Below are positions 1 through 8,572 of a DNA stretch of 24,000 bases, one piece after another. Origin of the DNA: Flammeovirgaceae bacterium SG7u.111 (GTDB taxonomy: Bacteria; Bacteroidota; Bacteroidia; Cytophagales; Flammeovirgaceae); assembly GCA_034044135.1 (NCBI GenBank), contig CP139021.1:735635-759634 (forward strand), read 5' to 3'. The notes beneath the pieces were generated by a model. The model was not told the origin of the DNA, did no database searches, and worked only from the letters and a program-made list of their open reading frames with translations. Every line of letters starts with the position of its first letter. The first letter of the stretch is position 1. Position numbers and translations under genes: made by a program.

Positions 1-743
1 AAGACCAGTCCGAGTCCTATTTGCGTGAGACGGGATTGTGGTATGGAGCTTATATTAAGGTGAAGCTTAGCAAGAAACTTGGATACTATGGGGAGCACCA
101 CCTAAGATTTAAAAATAGTGAGGAAAATCTCCACGATTTTACGGGAATGGTGCGTCAAATCTACAACCGAGCGGGCTTAAATATTTTTTTCAACGAGTAT
201 TTTGAAGCAGTTATAGGCCCTACGTTGGTATTGAATTTTACGCCACATCCAGGAGATCCTGAGTACGAAAAAGTAACTTATGAACCACGTATTTGGCACC
301 AATGGTTGCTCATGATGCCGCCTATGGGCAGGGTGAAAATCTATAACCAATTTAGGTTTGAACACCGTTGGAAGAAGAAAAACAAAGTGGGTTCGCCTTA
401 TAATTATACAAATAGGTACAGGTATAAGCTCTTTGCCTATATCCCAATCAACAATAAAAAGATCAAAGAAAAAACATTTTTCTTTTCTCCCAGTGTGGAG
501 CTGTTCATGCATTCGGGAAAGTCGGTGGTGTACGATGCCTTTGAAGACTTCAGAACTTATAATGGCTTTGGGTATGTACTGAACAAGAATGTCACTTTTT
601 TTGCTGGCCATATGTGGACATACGGCCAGGATAAATCTGGCTACGAATACGGTAAAAGTCATGTGATCAGGCTCAACGTACTGTTTGGGTTCGATGCAAG
701 AAAGATTGAAAAGAAATTACCACCAATTAACATAGGGTACTAG
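1..743 (+). CDS. 5'-truncated hypothetical outer-membrane beta-barrel-like protein (DUF2490-like)
   Basis: The reading frame is open from the window edge, and the track start at 21 is a TTG, so the gene probably begins upstream. The protein is rich in Tyr, Gly and aromatics with alternating beta-strand-like patterns and ends ...PPINIGY. The DUF2490 resemblance (WYGAYIKVKLSKKLGYYGEHHLRF) is from memory only. Confidence 0.5.
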   Translation, partial: DQSESYLRETGLWYGAYIKVKLSKKLGYYGEHHLRFKNSEENLHDFTGMVRQIYNRAGLNIFFNEYFEAVIGPTLVLNFTPHPGDPEYEKVTYEPRIWHQWLLMMPPMGRVKIYNQFRFEHRWKKKNKVGSPYNYTNRYRYKLFAYIPINNKKIKEKTFFFSPSVELFMHSGKSVVYDAFEDFRTYNGFGYVLNKNVTFFAGHMWTYGQDKSGYEYGKSHVIRLNVLFGFDARKIEKKLPPINIGY

Positions 744-811
744 TAAATACTAGCATGTAAAACTATAAGTGATTTAAGCAAGCAGTAATGCTAATTTAAA
801 CCAACAAAAAG

Positions 812-1702
812 ATGAAGATAACTAAGAGAGCTATATTGTTGACCGTCTCCCTAGCAGCCAATGTGTTGCTTATAGGAAGTTTGATTTTTATGGGGAAATC
901 ACAAGATGCTCCCCAAGAGCAAATGGACGAAGCGCAAGCGTATAAAACGCAACTGGAGAGCCTTGTGAAGGCAAACGAAAACCTCTTGCGGCACAACCAC
1001 GACGAAGCTATGGAGTGGTATGGCAAGGTTGGGGCAGTAGATGGAATGGACTGGGAGGGTTTGGTAGAAGAGTTTTTTGCCTCGGAGCAAATGTTGGAAA
1101 TGGCTTCTGACAGCCTCAAAACCTCACTTGAAAGGTTGGCTTATGTGAATGGGGTGAAATCAGGGGAAATCGATTCCCTCAATACGAGCCTATTGGCACA
1201 AGCCCAGCAGGTAGATTCTTTGAAACAAGAAATGAACAAGCAAATTCTTGCCCTCAATAAGTCTGTGTTGAAAAGCCAAGAGCTGGAAGAGGAATTGGAA
1301 ACTGTACAAAATGCTTACGGTCCGCTCCAGTTTGAAAAAGAAGGGGGTAAAAAGGTGAGATACTTTGGTGAGGTGAAAGATGGAAAAGCAAACGGCTATG
1401 GAATTGGGGTTTTCGAGTCGAAAGGTGTGTATGAAGGGGCTTGGAAGAATAACTATAGACACGGTAATGGCAAATACACATGGGCTAACGGGGATATTTA
1501 CGAAGGGGAATTTGTGGATGGTGTGATTGAAGGCTATGGTACTTATACATTTGCCTCCCACGAAAAAGAAAAATATGTGGGCAACTGGAAAAATGGTGTG
1601 AGAGAAGGAAAAGGGGTGGTGTATTCTGAGGAAGGCAAGGTGCTGCTAGATGGCAACTGGAAAGGAGATAAATTCGAAAGAAAACACAAAGGCGGGAGGT
1701 AG
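812..1702 (+). CDS. Membrane-anchored coiled-coil protein with C-terminal MORN repeats
   Basis: ATG start. It has an N-terminal TM helix (AILLTVSLAANVLLIGSLIF) and a heptad-like Gln/Glu/Leu-rich middle region. At least four YxGxWxxGxxxGxG MORN units follow: YFGEVKDGKANGYG, YEGAWKNNYRHGNG, YEGEFVDGVIEGYG, YVGNWKNGVREGKG. Confidence 0.85.
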   Translation: MKITKRAILLTVSLAANVLLIGSLIFMGKSQDAPQEQMDEAQAYKTQLESLVKANENLLRHNHDEAMEWYGKVGAVDGMDWEGLVEEFFASEQMLEMASDSLKTSLERLAYVNGVKSGEIDSLNTSLLAQAQQVDSLKQEMNKQILALNKSVLKSQELEEELETVQNAYGPLQFEKEGGKKVRYFGEVKDGKANGYGIGVFESKGVYEGAWKNNYRHGNGKYTWANGDIYEGEFVDGVIEGYGTYTFASHEKEKYVGNWKNGVREGKGVVYSEEGKVLLDGNWKGDKFERKHKGGR

Positions 1703-1723
1703 GCGCATACATCCCTAAAATAG

Positions 1724-1762
1724 CAAAGCCCATTTCTCGGATCGTTCGGGAAATGGGCTTTT
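1724..1762 (+). terminator. Rho-independent terminator after the MORN gene
   Basis: A 12-bp perfect stem, AAAGCCCATTTC (1724-1735) with GAAATGGGCTTT (1749-1760), runs into a T tract 22 nt after the stop codon. Confidence 0.75.
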
Positions 1763-1888
1763 TGTGAACTATTTTTTGAGAAAAGTGTCTTATAAGATAT
1801 AGCAAGAGGTTAGCCAAATTTCTATGAATAAGTGCAAGAAAAGGTAATCCATGAATTATATTAGGCATGTGAAAACTTATAAAATCAA

Positions 1889-2473
1889 ATGAAAGTGAGC
1901 AATAAACATTCTCTTACCATTTCGGATTATGTCAGTTTAGAGCAGGAAACTGGGGTGAAATATGAATTTCACGATGGGGAGGTGTTTGCTTTGGCGGGAG
2001 GTTCTCTCAACCATGGGTTGCTTTGCGGAAATGTTTATTCTGAACTGAGGAATGGATTAAAAACTGCTTCTTCAAACTGTAAGCCACTTACAAGTGAGAT
2101 AAAGCTGCATGTTGAAACTCAAAATAGTTTTTTGTATCCCGATTGTATGGTGGTGTGCGATAAGTTAGCACCCTCAAGGAAAGACAAGAATGCAGTGGTA
2201 AACCCCATTTTGGTAGTAGAAGTACTCTCAAAATCCACAGCAGATTATGATAGGGGCGATAAATTTTACCAGTATCGCCAAATCCCAAGCTTGCAAGAGT
2301 ATGTGCTTATAGAGCAAGATAAAGCGGTAGTAGAGGTTTATTTCAAAAAACCGAAGTCAGACCTGTGGAAAATCAGCCGATACGAAGGGTTGTCTTCACG
2401 AGTCCAACTTCAGTCAATCGGTATCGAAATTTCTATTGAAGAATTATACTTTGATGTGGAAGGAGTATTATAA
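1889..2473 (+). CDS. Uma2-family (DUF820) PD-(D/E)xK putative endonuclease
   Basis: YEFHDGEVFALAGGSLNHGLL near the N-terminus, YPDCMVVC, then VVEVLSKST (E-x-K) and GDKFYQYRQIPSLQEYVLIEQ. These are typical Uma2 family motifs. Confidence 0.85.
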   Translation: MKVSNKHSLTISDYVSLEQETGVKYEFHDGEVFALAGGSLNHGLLCGNVYSELRNGLKTASSNCKPLTSEIKLHVETQNSFLYPDCMVVCDKLAPSRKDKNAVVNPILVVEVLSKSTADYDRGDKFYQYRQIPSLQEYVLIEQDKAVVEVYFKKPKSDLWKISRYEGLSSRVQLQSIGIEISIEELYFDVEGVL

Positions 2474-2479
2474 CCCTGC

Positions 2480-3214
2480 CTACCTCTTGTTTCTCACAAA
2501 TACCAATTTATACTTTCCATTACCTTGCTCTCGGTGTTCTATTTCAAACTGGGGGATGGAATTGAAGAAAGGGGTGAGTTTTTCAAAACCATAGTTACGG
2601 GCATCGAAGTTGGGCTGTTTCTTGAGGATGAGCGAGCCTACATCGCCCAAAAATGCCCAACCATCGTCCTCAGCGGCATCGTCTACAGAGTTTTTGAGCA
2701 AGCGCATCACTTTAGGAGTAATTTTGTCCACATTCGCCTTTTTCGAACTTTCTTTCCCTTCCGATTTTTCGTCCGTATCTTTTTTCAAAATTTCGAGATA
2801 AATAAACTTGTCGCAGGCTACTATAAAAGGGTCGGGCGTTTTCTTCTCGCCAATCCCAAATACCTGCATCCCTGCTTCGCGCAGGCGGGTGGCTAATTTG
2901 GTAAAGTCGCTGTCAGATGAAACGAGGCAAAACCCATCTACTTTCTCCGAATAGAGAATATCCATGGCATCGATGATCATGGCGGAGTCGGTGGCATTTT
3001 TCCCCGTGGTGTAGCTGTATTGTTGGATAGGGTTGATGGCATTTTCAAGCAGAATGGTTTTCCATTTGGTAAGGTGGGGCTTCGTCCAGTCACCATAAAT
3101 CCGCTTAATGGTAGGGGTGCCGTACTTGGTAATTTCTTCCATCATTTCGGAAACATATTTGGAAGGAATATTGTCGCCGTCTATCAGCACTGCTAGTTTT
3201 GTGTCTTTTAACAT
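2480..3214 (-). CDS. NYN (LabA-like, PIN-fold) RNase domain protein with C-terminal OST-HTH/LOTUS domain
   Basis: NYN acidic motifs are LIDGDN, DSAMIIDAMD and LVSSDSDF. A Lys/Glu-rich linker follows. The C-terminal GWAFLGDVGSLILKKQPNFDARNYGFEKLTPFFNSIP is typical of OST-HTH/LOTUS. Confidence 0.85.
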   Translation of the reverse strand: MLKDTKLAVLIDGDNIPSKYVSEMMEEITKYGTPTIKRIYGDWTKPHLTKWKTILLENAINPIQQYSYTTGKNATDSAMIIDAMDILYSEKVDGFCLVSSDSDFTKLATRLREAGMQVFGIGEKKTPDPFIVACDKFIYLEILKKDTDEKSEGKESSKKANVDKITPKVMRLLKNSVDDAAEDDGWAFLGDVGSLILKKQPNFDARNYGFEKLTPFFNSIPQFEIEHREQGNGKYKLVFVRNKR

Positions 3215-3323
3215 GTTTGTTGGTTTGTGTTATAAAAAATATGGGTGTTTATGTTCTGGGAAAAAATAGTATCTCATTATAGAAAGTCCAAGTAGCGGTC
3301 AATTGTTTTTTGGGGCGTGAAAT

Positions 3324-3352
3324 AAAAAAATGCCACAAGGAAACTTGTGGCA
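3324..3352 (-). terminator. Rho-independent terminator for the cytochrome gene (minus strand)
   Basis: TGCCACAAG (3331-3339), GAAA loop, CTTGTGGCA (3344-3352). The A7 tract at 3324-3330 becomes a U7 tail on the minus strand. It lies 24 nt downstream of the stop at 3376. Confidence 0.7.
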
Positions 3353-3375
3353 AAAATTAGGATATCAATTTCTCA

Positions 3376-4869
3376 TTAGAGGCAAAGCATATAAGCTACC
3401 AGTGCCTCTTTTTCTTTTTTATCTAGATCGAGTTCCAATACGATATTGAAGAATTCAACGGCATCGCCAAGAGTAGGGCATCTGCCATCGTGCAAATAAG
3501 GAGGCGAATCTTTGATACCTCGGAGTGGGAAGGTTTTGATAGGACCTTCAGGTCTGCCCACATAAAACCTTTCAGTCTGCAAGTCGTGCATATAATCGTC
3601 TACAAAAGCAGGGCCGTAATGGCAAGCCGAGCATTTTCCTTTCCCATTAAAAATTGCTTCGCCAAGCAACTCTTGTTCGGTAGCCTTATCCTTCATTAAT
3701 TTGCCCATTGGTCCAAGCTTCGGTGCGGGAGGAAAATCGAGAATAGAGTTGAGGTCACCCATTCGGTTGGTCACTTCCCTTTTTTGCGACCTTGCACCTA
3801 TAGCCTGTTGCATTCCTGGGTCGCCATCAAAATATTCTTCTACTTCGGCAAAGTGATCCATGCTTCGGATAGAACGCTTGCTGGAGAGTTGCATAAGGTT
3901 ATAGTTTCCTCTCATAGAAGGAGTTTCAACCCTAAGCCTTGCGAGGTTTGGTCGGCTATCTGGCCCTAATTCAAATGCCCCATTTGTATGGCCGTTCACG
4001 TGGCAAGAGAAGCAAGATACTCCAGCACTCGGCTCTATGGTTACCCTATGGGTAGTATGGTTGAACCATGTTGTAGGCGTGGGCTTTAATAATTCTTTCA
4101 ATCCTTCCATTTGCTCAGGAGTGAGAATTCCATCGAATATTTCGTAGTAATTCGCAAGCGTTACTTCCCTTCCTTTGGTTACATCTCCCAGTTCTTTGTG
4201 TGTAGTAAGGAACATTGGCGGAGGAAATTCAGGCAAATACTCGTCGGGGAAATCGTGGTCTAAATCAATTCGCTCATGCTCTGGATGGGATTTGTTCCAA
4301 TTGTCTGGAAAAACCATATGCGCCGTAGTCTGCAAGGGGTGCGCCAGCGGCTTGTATGGAAACAAGTTCTTACGCTTTATTTCCTCTGCCGACAGTTGGT
4401 TGAATTGTTCAAAAGACTTTACCCCTTTAGGTAAATTGGCTATTGGTCCGGCCATAATCGCCTTTCTTCCACCAGACATATACTGACCTTCCACTGTTTC
4501 TCCGCTAAAATCGAAGCGAGTAGCCATATATTCATCTACATCTTTCATTAGTTCGGGCTTTTGCTTTTTGTGGAAAGCGATCCATTCTTCCCAGCTCATG
4601 GGGAGTTCTGGACTTCCAAAAGAGCTTTTGCCCCTTCCGGCATATTCCCAAATGTTGAAAGGAGCTCGTTCCCCTGCTTTTAGTTCGGGGTAAGGCTTGA
4701 GGCTGTCCACATAGCTGCTGCCCAAGCCATAATCACTTTCTTGGTAACCCTTTACGGTAGCTCCTGGGCTTTGGAGCAAGTGCAAATTTCCATCGACTAC
4801 CTGAAAGCCGACAGCTCCAGCAAAAATGAAAAAGCTGGCAAATAAGAGTAGTTTTCTTTTCTTGTTCAT
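3376..4869 (-). CDS. Di-haem cytochrome c peroxidase (CCP/MauG) family protein with a long N-terminal extension
   Basis: Two CxxCH haem sites (CFSCH and CSACH) are about 130 aa apart. The CCP-type tail is PLRGIKDSPPYLHDGRCPTLGDAVEFF. The signal peptide MNKKRKLLLFASFFIFAGAVG begins at the first ATG (4869). The track start at 4905 is a TTG and is less likely. Confidence 0.8.
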   Translation of the reverse strand: MNKKRKLLLFASFFIFAGAVGFQVVDGNLHLLQSPGATVKGYQESDYGLGSSYVDSLKPYPELKAGERAPFNIWEYAGRGKSSFGSPELPMSWEEWIAFHKKQKPELMKDVDEYMATRFDFSGETVEGQYMSGGRKAIMAGPIANLPKGVKSFEQFNQLSAEEIKRKNLFPYKPLAHPLQTTAHMVFPDNWNKSHPEHERIDLDHDFPDEYLPEFPPPMFLTTHKELGDVTKGREVTLANYYEIFDGILTPEQMEGLKELLKPTPTTWFNHTTHRVTIEPSAGVSCFSCHVNGHTNGAFELGPDSRPNLARLRVETPSMRGNYNLMQLSSKRSIRSMDHFAEVEEYFDGDPGMQQAIGARSQKREVTNRMGDLNSILDFPPAPKLGPMGKLMKDKATEQELLGEAIFNGKGKCSACHYGPAFVDDYMHDLQTERFYVGRPEGPIKTFPLRGIKDSPPYLHDGRCPTLGDAVEFFNIVLELDLDKKEKEALVAYMLCL

Positions 4870-5443
4870 ATTTAATCGTATGTTGTGTAAAACATTATAA
4901 TTCAAATGCGAATTAATGCGTGAGTTATACCTACAGTTAGTTATGTCGGTAGGTATTATCAGGGAAGTATTGATTTGTGGGTGTCGTCAAATGCTTTCTG
5001 GATAAAAAAATTAAGTGTCTAATTAAAAACAATTAAAAAAGCAATTTCAAACGTTCCCTATAGACTTGGGTTCAAAAGCAACGATACCAAAAAAAATCAA
5101 AATGATCAACTTTTAGTTAAGTTCTAACCAAGTTTCATAGTTGATTACATTCACATTTATCATATTAGTTGGGAGGGAAGTAAAAGGTATATGCTATTTT
5201 TTTTACATTTGTTGGGCATGGGGTTTGCCAAAATTTTACTTTCAGACTGCAATTGCCCATTTTTAATTTAGCTATTGGTTGGGTTTCCACTATTGGCTAG
5301 TTTTATGAACGTTGATTTAGGAACTTAACTAGATATGTTTTACGGACATACAACTGAATTTCGGGCAGACTTTTACAAAATAGTTCGATTTCTCACGATA
5401 TACACTCATTAAGTGAGAAGTTGATTTTGATACTAAAATCCTA

Positions 5444-6718
5444 ATGGAGCATTCACAACAAACCACTCAATCAGAGAAATCTGTATTAGAAAGCGTGGCA
5501 GATTACGCAGGAAATTTACTCAAGGAAGAAATTCCTTCCCATTTGGAGTACCATGATTTCAACCATACTCAGGATGTGATAGATGCTGCCGATGAGATTG
5601 GTAAGGAAAACAATCTTTCTGAGGAGGAAATGGAAATTTTGTTGATTGCAGCATGGTTTCACGATACGGGGCATAAAGATAAGATAGATGAACACGAAGA
5701 GGCTAGTAAAAATATTGCCGAGAACTACCTTCGGGAAATAGACTATCCCCAAGAAAAAATTGATCAGGTAAAAAGTGCGATTGATGCGACCAAGATGCCT
5801 CAAAAGCCAAAAAATAAATTGGAGCAAGTGATTTGTGATGCCGACTTGGCACATCTTGGAGGAAAGGGTTTTTTGAAGAAAACCACCTCGCTCATGAGGG
5901 AGCGTTCTTCATTGGGTACGCTGAAGCATTCGGAGGAAGATTGGTATGCCAATACAGTTGAATTTGCTCGAAAACATAAATATTTCACGCAATATGGAAA
6001 AACTGTTTTAGAAGCTAAAAAGCAGAAAAACCTTAAAAAGCTCAACAAGAAAATAGATAAGATAAATAATCAAAAAGATGATATCCTGTCTGATGAGCTT
6101 GATATAGACTTGGGCGAACTGAAAAAGTTAAAAAAGAAGCTTCAAAAAGTAGAGGGCAGACCAGAAAGGGGGATTGAAACTATGTTTAGGGTGACCTCAC
6201 GAAATCATGTAGACCTCAGTGCCATGGCTGATACGAAAGCCAACATCATGATCTCGGTCAACTCTATCCTCATCACTATCGTTATAGGTGTTTTGATGCG
6301 AAAGCTTGACTCAAACCCTCACCTCATTATTCCCACCGTTATTCTAATGATTGTCTGCCTTGCAGCTATCGTTTTTGCCATTTTCGCCACCCGCCCCTCC
6401 ATCACCACAGGAAAGTTCACCAAAGAAGATATTAAAAAGAAACAGGCAAACCTGCTGTTTTTCGGCAATTTCCACAAAATGGAATTGAAAGATTTTGAGT
6501 GGGGGATGAATGAACTCATCAACGATTCGGAATACCTCTACGGCAGTATGATTCGCGATATTTACTTTTTGGGATCGGTGCTGGGCAAGAAGTACAAGTA
6601 CCTCCGAACTTCCTACACCATTTTCATGTATGGGCTTATTATCGCCTCCATTGTTTTCCTCATCGCTACCATTCTCTACGGCAGCGGCGAACCTGATATT
6701 GAAGATACTTTTTGGTAG
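5444..6718 (+). CDS. HD-domain phosphohydrolase fused to a C-terminal 3-TM Pycsar-effector-like (PycTM/DUF5706-type) module
   Basis: HD motifs are HLEYHDFNHTQD, LLIAAWFHDTGH and ICDADLAHLG (aa about 33-140). A Lys-rich coiled-coil linker covers aa about 190-236. Then come GIETMFRVTSRNHVDLSAMADTKAN and TM helices at aa about 268-285, 293-316 and 392-412, with ANLLFFGNF between them. Confidence 0.8.
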   Translation: MEHSQQTTQSEKSVLESVADYAGNLLKEEIPSHLEYHDFNHTQDVIDAADEIGKENNLSEEEMEILLIAAWFHDTGHKDKIDEHEEASKNIAENYLREIDYPQEKIDQVKSAIDATKMPQKPKNKLEQVICDADLAHLGGKGFLKKTTSLMRERSSLGTLKHSEEDWYANTVEFARKHKYFTQYGKTVLEAKKQKNLKKLNKKIDKINNQKDDILSDELDIDLGELKKLKKKLQKVEGRPERGIETMFRVTSRNHVDLSAMADTKANIMISVNSILITIVIGVLMRKLDSNPHLIIPTVILMIVCLAAIVFAIFATRPSITTGKFTKEDIKKKQANLLFFGNFHKMELKDFEWGMNELINDSEYLYGSMIRDIYFLGSVLGKKYKYLRTSYTIFMYGLIIASIVFLIATILYGSGEPDIEDTFW

Positions 6719-6721
6719 GGA

Positions 6722-7906
6722 TTAATATCTAGGAATCAAAATCCTAAACGTAGTTCCTGCATCCTTTTCCGATTTGAGCACATAGATTTTCCCGTTGTGG
6801 TAGTTGTCGACTATCCTTTTCACAAGCGTGAGGCCTAGCCCCCAGCCTCGCTTTTTGGTGGAATAGCCAGGTTGGAAAACAGTTTTCATTTTCGATTTTG
6901 GAATTCCCTTGCCTGTATCGCTCACATCAATTTCTATATAGCGGTCATCTTTAGAAGTTTTTAGGTAAATCTCGATTTTCCCAATGCCTGACATTGCGTC
7001 TACTGCATTTTTGCAAAGGTTTTCTATCACCCATTCAAAAAGAGGAACATTGATTTTAGCCCTCAATTCTTCCCCGTATCTAGGTGTTATCGTGAATTTT
7101 ACCTTGGTGGAAATTCGTTTTTGGAGGTAACCAACTATGTTTTCCACGGTATCCAAAATATCTTCTTCTTTGAGCGTAGGCTCCGATCCTATGCTGGAGA
7201 AGCGGGCGGTGATCATTTCCAAGCGCTGAATGTCTTTTGACAGCTCTGGAATAATGCTTTGGTCTACACCTTCGGCAGTTTTCAGATATTCTACCCAAGC
7301 CATTAGCGAGGAAATAGGTGTACCCAGCTGGTGAGCAGTTTCTTTGCTGAGCCCTACCCACACCCTATTTTGCTCAGCCCTTCGCGCCGAGCTAAATACG
7401 AAATAAGACAACACGGACAAGATGCCGATGACGAATAATTGGATGTAGGAAAAGTACTTGAGCTGGGTAATGAGGTACGAATTTGAATAATAGATATATC
7501 CCAATATTTTTCCATCTACGCGAATGACGATAGGTTCGTATTCCTGTTTTAGAAGCTCTATTTGTTCGTATAAAAAGGCAATTTCCTCTTCTTTCGTCTT
7601 TATTTTGTTGGGTATAGTAAGATTTCGTTTGTCCTGAGGAGCTCCGTCGGCATCGGTCCATATGAGCGGGATGGTATTGTCCGCATCCACAATTTCGGTA
7701 AGCACGAAGTGAATTTCTTGATCGCCGCCAGACCCAGAAATAAGGAATGCCAAGCCTTTTGCCAACAGATCAACTTGCCCAAGTTCTCGGTCAGCCAGAC
7801 TTCTGACTAACTGGTTGGTATAAAAAATGGAAAACGTACCGATTAGCAGGGCAAATCCGACGATGAACCATTTTAGCTTTTCTTTATTCTGATAAATATT
7901 TACCAT
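6722..7906 (-). CDS. Sensor histidine kinase (2 TM, extracytoplasmic loop, HisKA + HATPase_c)
   Basis: H-box ETAHQLGTPISSL, N-box NLCKNAVDAM, G1 DTGKGIP, G2 GWGLGLTL. The TM helices are WFIVGFALLIGTFSIFY and LFVIGILSVLSYFVF. I prefer the ATG at 7906 (MVNIYQ...). The track start at 7945 is a TTG that overlaps the upstream gene. Confidence 0.9.
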   Translation of the reverse strand: MVNIYQNKEKLKWFIVGFALLIGTFSIFYTNQLVRSLADRELGQVDLLAKGLAFLISGSGGDQEIHFVLTEIVDADNTIPLIWTDADGAPQDKRNLTIPNKIKTKEEEIAFLYEQIELLKQEYEPIVIRVDGKILGYIYYSNSYLITQLKYFSYIQLFVIGILSVLSYFVFSSARRAEQNRVWVGLSKETAHQLGTPISSLMAWVEYLKTAEGVDQSIIPELSKDIQRLEMITARFSSIGSEPTLKEEDILDTVENIVGYLQKRISTKVKFTITPRYGEELRAKINVPLFEWVIENLCKNAVDAMSGIGKIEIYLKTSKDDRYIEIDVSDTGKGIPKSKMKTVFQPGYSTKKRGWGLGLTLVKRIVDNYHNGKIYVLKSEKDAGTTFRILIPRY

Positions 7907-7925
7907 GTTAATGCTTGTTGCAGTT

Positions 7926-8450
7926 TTATTGGGTAATAGGCACAAGGGTAATTATATTATTTCCTTTCAAATATCGCTCAATATAAAGCTTCTCGGTCTT
8001 TATGCCCATTTCTGCTACAGTTTCTTTAATCTTATCATTGACCCTAGATGGACTCGGCGCTCCCAAAAAATGAGTTTCAAAACTACCGACAAGTACATTT
8101 TCGAGTACTATTTTTTCAGTTACCAGTGAATCAGTAACTTCGGGAAGTGTTGGGCTAGCCACGCCTACCATTACTTTCAAAGAATCGTCACTGTCGGGAT
8201 CGCCCCAATAGCAAATGGTGAACTCGCCAGCCAGCTCGCCATTTTTTTTCAATTCCATCATGCTGTAAACTAATTCTTGGAACTCCCTTTTGTTGGTTTG
8301 CCCATGGTAATGTTTCCCCTTTATGTAAAAAGGCTCGGCTTTCTCTTTCTCCACGTGGATGCTTGAGAAGCCACCTAAAAGAGCATAAGAAATAAAGAAA
8401 AGAATCATCCCACCTATTCCAAATTGGATGAGTTTATTGTTGATCGACAT
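7926..8450 (-). CDS. Membrane-anchored small protein, possibly with a GyrI-like ligand-binding fold
   Basis: An N-terminal TM helix (FGIGGMILFFISYALLGG) is followed by a 140-aa domain whose pattern (FYIKGKHYHG...FQEL...ICYWGDP...VMVGV...ERY) recalls GyrI-like/effector-binding domains. The stop lies 19 nt before the kinase ATG on the same strand. The fold call is tentative. Confidence 0.55.
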   Translation of the reverse strand: MSINNKLIQFGIGGMILFFISYALLGGFSSIHVEKEKAEPFYIKGKHYHGQTNKREFQELVYSMMELKKNGELAGEFTICYWGDPDSDDSLKVMVGVASPTLPEVTDSLVTEKIVLENVLVGSFETHFLGAPSPSRVNDKIKETVAEMGIKTEKLYIERYLKGNNIITLVPITQ

Positions 8451-8572
8451 GTTTATTGATTTTTAGTGATTGCCCAAAAATACAGATATCCCTGCTATCC
8501 TTGTCAGCTTTACCTCATTCTGCATTCAAAATAAGCGATAACAATTTCTAAATATGATTCCCAAACAGTTTC

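Noticed and set aside
177-662. A 161-aa minus-strand ORF, together with the other short ORFs at 358-582, 796-1119, 899-1090, 1190-1561, 1254-1481 and 1485-1868.
   Set aside because: They lie antisense to or out of frame with better-supported genes (the DUF2490-like and MORN genes) or cross a terminator. Their translations are low-complexity with no motifs.
5444-6718. Reading the HD-PycTM-like gene as part of a complete Pycsar system.
   Set aside because: No pyrimidine or nucleotide cyclase and no cNMP-binding domain occurs anywhere in the 24 kb. Only the effector-like module is present, so I do not call a canonical system.
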